The notes under the pieces were generated by a model. The model was given only the letters and a program-made list of their open reading frames with translations, had not been told where the DNA came from and searched no databases. The translations under genes were made by a program, and so were the position numbers. A DNA stretch of 64,000 nucleotides from a virus. The stretch is from the IMG/VR virus record IMGVR_UViG_3300047666_000603, positions 9,239 through 73,238 of that record, one strand, 5' to 3'. Shown here one piece after another: positions 58,501-64,000 of this stretch (position 1 is the first letter of the stretch; each line of letters starts with the position of its first letter).

Positions 58501-58671
58501 TCACTTCGTTTTGCTAACAACGGGTATAGCAAATGTATTTAACTTATTTTTTAGCTCTATTAATGCTTTTTCTGTTAAGAAGCTTTTTAGTTCGCCAAGT
58601 TGTACTACATATTTAATAGCTTTGTTACTGCTATATTTGTCTTTGTCTGTTTTCAATCTTACTTCAATCAT
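58501..58671 (-). CDS. 56-aa leader ORF of array 4 ending FAIPV-V-SKTK
   Basis: Read by eye, ATG 58671 to TGA 58501; crosses core at 58518. Confidence 0.55.
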   Translation of the reverse strand: MIEVRLKTDKDKYSSNKAIKYVVQLGELKSFLTEKALIELKNKLNTFAIPVVSKTK

Positions 58672-58767
58672 AATTTGTTTTTATTTAGTTTATCAGTTAC
58701 CCTGTCCTATCTTTCCAAGCCCCAAACACTGCTAAAGATACAACACATATTCCCGCTATCAAAATGC

Positions 58768-59481
58768 TCATAATGTTTTTCTTAAAATTTCGTTTCCTGT
58801 TTCCGTTACACTCTTTTGATTCCACCAATTAGCGGCAATCACGTCTTCTGAGCCATTTAGAGCATCCTGAGCCTCATATCTATTTAATTTGAGGGCTGAG
58901 GATACAAATAGCCTTACATCCTCTTCAAATTGATCTAAGGCTAAATGTGTGCTGTATTTCTGCCTGTAATTACTTTGTAGTTGTTCCATGCTTTTCCTTT
59001 TGGTGTATATTCTCAATTTCTTCTCCTGTTAGGCTGTTAAATTCTTTGCCCGAATAGTGAATGTTAGTTAGCACTTTCTTCTCACTCCTTAGTAAGTCGT
59101 ATTTCCACCATATAAGAGCCTCAACACGTTTTTCTTCCAGTTCTTTCATACTGTTTGTTTTATGTGTTCAAAGTTGCTCAATGTTTCTTCCAGAAGGTCT
59201 AAGATGTAAATAGGATCACTAGAATAATGATTCCATTTCTTAGATATGCGGCTTGGTAAATGATGTTCGCTTATTAATTCGCCAAACATTTCATCCGAGT
59301 ATTCAGGCCCATTGAAACGGCTGTGAAGGTTTGCTATTTTAATACGCGGCGAATGCTCCGCGCTAAATAACCAAACACCCAAAACAGTTTGCACTTCATA
59401 CATATACTGCTTTGATTCCTTTACGTTGTCAAATTTGCCTACTATTTCTCTCAGCTCTTTGTTAAATTCCTTTGCGTTCAT
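58768..59481 (-). CDS. Two hypothetical genes (58768-59016, 59146-59481)
   Basis: ORF track. Confidence 0.6.
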
Positions 59482-59494
59482 TGTCTTTTAGTGT

Positions 59495-60022
59495 TTAGTT
59501 AGTAAATTCTATTTCTATTGCCTCGTTTGCTTGTATTTTAGCCGTCTTACCTTTGCAAGTGAGGACAATATACCCTTTCTTAACGTTAATCATCATGCTG
59601 CGCTTATATTGCCCTTTAGAAGGAATGAGTAAGAAGCTATATTTGTCTCCGTAGCCTGTTTCTATCAATATTTCATCTTCACTGTATAGCCTCTGACGAA
59701 ATAAACCCTCTGTATTTGTTTCTCCCACCCAAACCACTTCATTTGGTTTTTCGGGAAAGGATATTTTAGCGTCTCCATTTATTACGGCAATATCTAAATC
59801 AAGCTGCCCAAATGAGAAGAGACTAAATAAAATTGCTAGTGTTGTTAGTGCGTTTTTCATGTTGTTTGGTTTTGTTCTTTTTTTCCTTCTTCTTTTAATT
59901 TCTTCAAGTATTGGTTTTTTCAACTCTACGTCTTTTATTTTCTTCCTGATATTGTTTAACCACTTGTCGGACATTGTGTGTATTTCAATATTTCTGCCTT
60001 TCTGATCTGTCCAGTAGTTCAT
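59495..60022 (-). CDS. Hypothetical protein, apparently two modules (basic domain plus internal signal peptide)
   Basis: ATG 60022 follows the ribozyme; internal MKNALTTLAILFSLFSFG-Q. Confidence 0.6.
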   Translation of the reverse strand: MNYWTDQKGRNIEIHTMSDKWLNNIRKKIKDVELKKPILEEIKRRRKKRTKPNNMKNALTTLAILFSLFSFGQLDLDIAVINGDAKISFPEKPNEVVWVGETNTEGLFRQRLYSEDEILIETGYGDKYSFLLIPSKGQYKRSMMINVKKGYIVLTCKGKTAKIQANEAIEIEFTN

Positions 60023-60038
60023 TTCTTTGTGTGTTTGT

Positions 60039-60090
60039 GTTAATACGAGCCGCGAAGCTCGTTTCATCCCTTTAGGAATCATCAGTTAAC
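60039..60090 (-). ncRNA. Type I hammerhead ribozyme
   Basis: gttaa-CTGATGA-ttcctaaagggat-GAA-acgagc-ttcgcg-gctcgt-A-ttaac; stems I-III pair, GUA cleavage triplet. Confidence 0.8.
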
Positions 60091-60269
60091 CTGTAAGTCT
60101 TTCCGCCGCGAATTAACAGCACTACTAACAAACTCCCAGCCTACGCCATTATGAAAGAGCTTATTTGCGTGTAATAGCCGGTCGAATTGCATAAGCCCAA
60201 CATTCATGTTTTTACTCTCTGTTTTAATCGAAATTAGATTGTTCATTGTGTTTTTTATTTAGTGTGTTA

Positions 60270-61693
60270 TTAAAGGTTGTTTTTCAATTTGCATTCATTG
60301 TAAAGAGATTGCAATGCCGCTTTTTGCGTTGTGTAATATCCATTTGGCGTTCGTTCTTCCTCATCCTTTCTATCAATAGCCAGTGTATTTGTCGTGGTGC
60401 ATTTATACTCCTTACCTCTAAAGGAGATAGTTATTTTAAAATGACCGTGACCCGCTGGAAATATTGACACGTTTTGGCGTAGTTGTGTTGTGTTCATGGT
60501 GTTTAGTTTTTATTGATTTGTGTTTGTGCTATTACTCCCGCCGCTATCATTGAGCAAACCCCAAAAAGAAACGTTGGAAGTGAGTTAATAAGGCAGCCTG
60601 TAAGCATTGCAAGGGCTGAACATAGAGCAAAGATAAATAGTAGTTTCATTGTGTTTTGATTTTTGTAAGGTTAAAAGGTGAGCAATCCAGCCCGTAATCA
60701 AATGTATACCCAAGCCTTTCAACTAATGTAAGAAACTCGGCGCAATCCTTAGCCGTTAAGCCGTCGTTTTGCTCTATATCAGCGTATAAATCAACCACCT
60801 TTCTTAATGTCGGGGGCTGTTGGTTATAGTTTTTGAAGTAGTCCATTTTTTAAAGTGTTAGTTTGCACCCCTAAACCCCGCGACGAACTAACGAAGCGGG
60901 GCAAAGGTGTTAATTAAACAGTCAATTATTCAAACTTATTTGTTTGAGCGTTAAAAATACGCTCTGTTTGCCCCATTGAACACCCTGTATAGTCTTTCAT
61001 GGGTGCAACCAACCTATATTTATCTTCGCCCATCTTATACACTTTAAAATCTCTCATAGTTTGGTTAAAGAATTTCATGGATTTCCTGTCGAAGAAATGC
61101 GGGGCGTTTTGTAATCTGTTTTTGATTTCGTAAATAGTCATATTTTCTGATTGTTAAAGGGTTATTTGTTTTGGTGTGTATTCAATTCCTATACATTCTT
61201 TGAACTCTTCGCGCGGATAAGAAGCGACATTGAACCAAGTGCCGATAAAATAATCCTTTGCGCTTTGTTCGGTTGTTTGCTCACTTACTGACGTTGTGTA
61301 GTTGTGTTGAGAATCTTTGAAAATTACTTTTGCGCTGTTCATGGCTTTATATTATTTAGTTGCTGCTAACATTTTGGCGGCTGCTTTACCTATACAGGTG
61401 TGAGTTGATGGAGATGGATGGCTATTTTTACCCACCGCGCCCAATTCTTTAGCTAAAGCAATATTAAAGGGTGCATTATCCCACCACCAAGAACCACCGC
61501 GCCCCATATTGTTAAACGGTATTTTGATTTTATTTAGATGGTTGTCACCATTGTCTAATGCGTTTTGTATTCCTTCAACCGTGAGGCTACCCAATACAAA
61601 AGCTTTTGTTGACTCGGTGACAAATTGAGAGTAAAAAGAGTGGTGCAATTCGCTTGAATTATTCATGTACTCTTCTTTTGTGATCGTTTTCAT
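60270..61693 (-). CDS. Five small early genes (60270-60497, 60646-60846, 60926-61141, 61154-61342, 61352-61693)
   Basis: Co-oriented ORFs with A/C-rich leaders. Confidence 0.7.
60863..60909 (-). repeat. Structured intergenic repeat, copy 1
   Basis: Similar to 62733-62780. Confidence 0.75.
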
Positions 61694-61733
61694 AATGCTT
61701 TATTTTAAGTGTGTGTGTTTGTGTTTGACAATT

Positions 61734-61763
61734 CAAATGTACTTTATCTTTTTAGTTCTACAA
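61734..61763 (-). promoter_or_regulatory. Host-type early promoter TTG-N19-TACATTTG
   Basis: Bacteroidota -33/-7 consensus upstream of ORF 61693. Confidence 0.7.
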
Positions 61764-62187
61764 GGAAAAACAAATAAAAGTTTCATCATATTTATCTATA
61801 ACTCATAGAATATATCTATAAATGTATTCTAATCAATTGATCTTCACCCACTCGCGGCATCATTTAAACAAACAAAAAGAACGTACTAAGTGAAGCAATA
61901 CACCAAGTAAGGAAATGAGCATACTATAAGCAAGCTAAGACACACTTTAGATAGGTGGTGAGTATAGACAACTATAAGCCTTTTTAAATAGCCTGAATAA
62001 GCTCTAATCTATTGCCAGTGATAAGGTTTGTATCTCTAAGTTTAAAGTTAGACGACTCTAACAATATTGTTTTGGTGGTCTGTTTACACTCTCCACCTTC
62101 ATTTATTCCCCACTACACAACCATAACACGTTGACAATTAACCCTAAAGTGCTATTTCACACCCGCTGAAGACAAAATACAAGACGC

Positions 62188-62213
62188 AAAAAAGCCCCAC
62201 TAAATGCAGGGCT
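62188..62213 (-). terminator. Intrinsic terminator
   Basis: Minus strand agccctgcatttagtggggctttttt. Confidence 0.8.
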
Positions 62214-62236
62214 AAAGGTTCGGGAAATTAGTTAGC

Positions 62237-63070
62237 TCACCTAGTTTCTTCCTTGTATCGCTCAACCAGTGAAGAAATAAATGCTTTCATATGTTTAACG
62301 TTTTCCCACTGTTGTCCGTAATACTCTACTATTTCTCTTTTGCTCATCTTCTTTCTTTTTAGTTGTTCTTGGCTTGTTGACCTTCTCTGTAGGCTGCGTA
62401 TAGTAGCACTGAGGGGAAGCAAATTAGTATTGAAAGGAATAGTGTAAGTTCTAGCATAGCTTGTGTTTTTGCTTGTTTGTGTTTAGTTTGCGGCGGGTTA
62501 TTCGTCAATCCTTAAAGTAAATGTGTTCCAATTAACGCCGTAAAACCCTGACTTCATTCGGTCAATGTTTATGCCGCTTTCCTGTAATTGCTTTAAATTT
62601 GTGAGGATTGAGCGGATGAACATAGGGCTTGTATACGTTCTGTTAGCGTATTGACTAACCATTGTGTGTGTTTTATCTAATAGTTGTATTGCGCTCATGG
62701 TGTTTGCTTGTGTGTGTCTTGGCTTAATTGCCTTGCACCCGAAAACCCCACAACGAGCTAACGAGGTGGGGCGAACGGTGAAGGGGTGAAGTTAAGATAC
62801 TACAAGATGTTCGCCCGTTTCTTTTATTGAGTTTGATTGAAATGTATTATAACCTCTCAACACACTATCTAATGAAGTGTTGGACGGCTCAATGCATTTG
62901 CAAGGGGCTGACCAAACGTCTTTATTATCGTTCATTATAGTATTTTCGGCGTTGTGCTTTTGTTGCCCGTGGTTAGTAGCATCTTCTAGCACCTCGAATT
63001 TAGCATTGTAGAAAAGAACTATCATTCCAGCCTTTAAATCTCTCGTTAGTGTTAACTTGCTGTCAATCAT
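62237..63070 (-). CDS. Three small early genes (62237-62422, 62498-62698, 62792-63070)
   Basis: ORF track. Confidence 0.55.
62733..62780 (-). repeat. Structured intergenic repeat, copy 2
   Basis: Similar to 60863-60909. Confidence 0.75.
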
Positions 63071-63468
63071 GCTGTTAGGGTTTTAAGGGCTAGGCTTAAT
63101 TGCTTCGACCGATACAATAGTATAGCATCTATACGACACAACCAAGTAAAAGGATACATTTATTTTTATTAGTTGTCTCTACCCACTGTAACAAGTAGAC
63201 TCAATCGCTCACTATCAGCACATTGCATTTGATAGTTTTCTTCTCAATTGTGGGGTGTTTTCCTTCATTGCGTACACCTCAGCTCACTCACTGCACTCAA
63301 TTAGCTAACTAGGTGCAACCGTTCGCTCTCCATTAGATAGGCGTTCAGTTCCGTTTTGGTTTCGGCGTTTGGCTGACTTGAAAGCCGTCGGGGTGCTTTC
63401 CCTTTTGGGTGCGGCCCCGTCGTTCTATACATACAGTACGCTATATAAAGCTATCTAAAAAAATATTC

Positions 63469-63681
63469 CTAGAAAAAATTTTGAAGGGTGCGGTTTATTG
63501 AGACTATTAGTGCGAGTATGGTTAGTATTGAGGCTATGAATCCAAAGCCTATTATCCAGTTCATGATGCTTATTGGTTTCTCGTCTTCGTTTACGTTTAA
63601 TGGTTTTGATACCACCCATCCTATTAGTGATGTTAGGATGTATGCTAGTGTTAGTATTGCTATTGATATGAGTGTTGTCAT
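63469..63681 (-). CDS. Small 2-TM membrane protein
   Basis: Two hydrophobic segments. Confidence 0.6.
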   Translation of the reverse strand: MTTLISIAILTLAYILTSLIGWVVSKPLNVNEDEKPISIMNWIIGFGFIASILTILALIVSINRTLQNFF

Positions 63682-64000
63682 TTTGTGTTGTTTATAATTA
63701 GCGGCGAGTAAGCATCTATCTCAAAAAAAAAATCACCAAGATATATCTATGTACTCTATATAGAATGGGGGTTCTTCTTTATCCTCTCCTGTTATATGTA
63801 AGAGGTATTGATTTACTTGTGTCACTTGTATTGATGTCTTATACCCTAATAAATTAAGTTCTTGTTGTAGGCTTGAGTATTGTGATGGTTGATGGTGTTT
63901 TTTCATTCTTAGAAGCTCATGTTTTAGGTTGTTTAATCCTTGCCGCGATTTTTCTTCTATTGCTGTTAGAATGTTTAGGAATGGGGCGGAGTAGTTTTTA

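Larger units (their letters stand above)
56094..58671 (-). mobile_element. Integron-like cassette array 4 (seven cassettes)
   Basis: Hairpins at + coordinates 56938-56989, 57361-57440, 57673-57795, 58023-58067, 58290-58335, 58360-58483; half sites at 58516 and 56094. Confidence 0.88.

Noticed and set aside
56094-58671. CRISPR array or REP interpretation of the repeated hairpins
   Set aside because: Units are not sequence-identical, spacers range from about 30 to 850 bp and encode ORFs; no cas operon.
1-64000. Tyrosine or serine recombinase, or reverse transcriptase/DGR
   Set aside because: No R-H-R-Y, serine-recombinase or YxDD motif set seen in any ORF, and no TR/VR pair noticed; a very divergent enzyme cannot be excluded by eye.
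1-64000. Stop-codon reassignment as in some crAss phages
   Set aside because: Long genes are intact under code 11, and TAG and TGA end genes normally.

Overview
The window is most of a genome of a crAss-related (Crassvirales-like) podovirus of Bacteroidota, with standard genetic code and host-type TAnnTTTG promoters. The + strand carries an RNA-repair pair (Rnl2-like ligase, PNK/phosphatase), a VirE-N/AEP-like primase fused to an SF4 helicase, a PAPS-reductase-family gene and the virion module (ring proteins, portal, TerL, scaffold, MCP, muzzle, cargo proteins, fibres), followed by lysis genes. The - strand ends (1-1.7 kb, 47-64 kb) carry small early/accessory genes. No integrase, DNA polymerase or virion RNA polymerase is recognisable here. 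The main unexplained structure is an integron-like gene-cassette system: four arrays (about 2.0-4.25, 16.0-16.6, 25.3-26.5 and 56.1-58.7 kb), one relic array (49.5-49.9 kb) and one empty site (9.16 kb). They are built from attC-like AAC-arm...arm-GTT hairpins alternating with cassettes whose two ends are complementary. Many ORFs start inside the hairpin loop and read through the GTT into the next cassette, and one cassette holds a tRNA-like RNA. Other signals: a type I hammerhead ribozyme, a 7-copy CAATAAC-N21-TAnnTTTR late promoter, a lambda-type -1 frameshift signal, and two nested basic peptides inside the 2109-aa cargo gene. All calls come from reading motifs by eye; no database searches were run.
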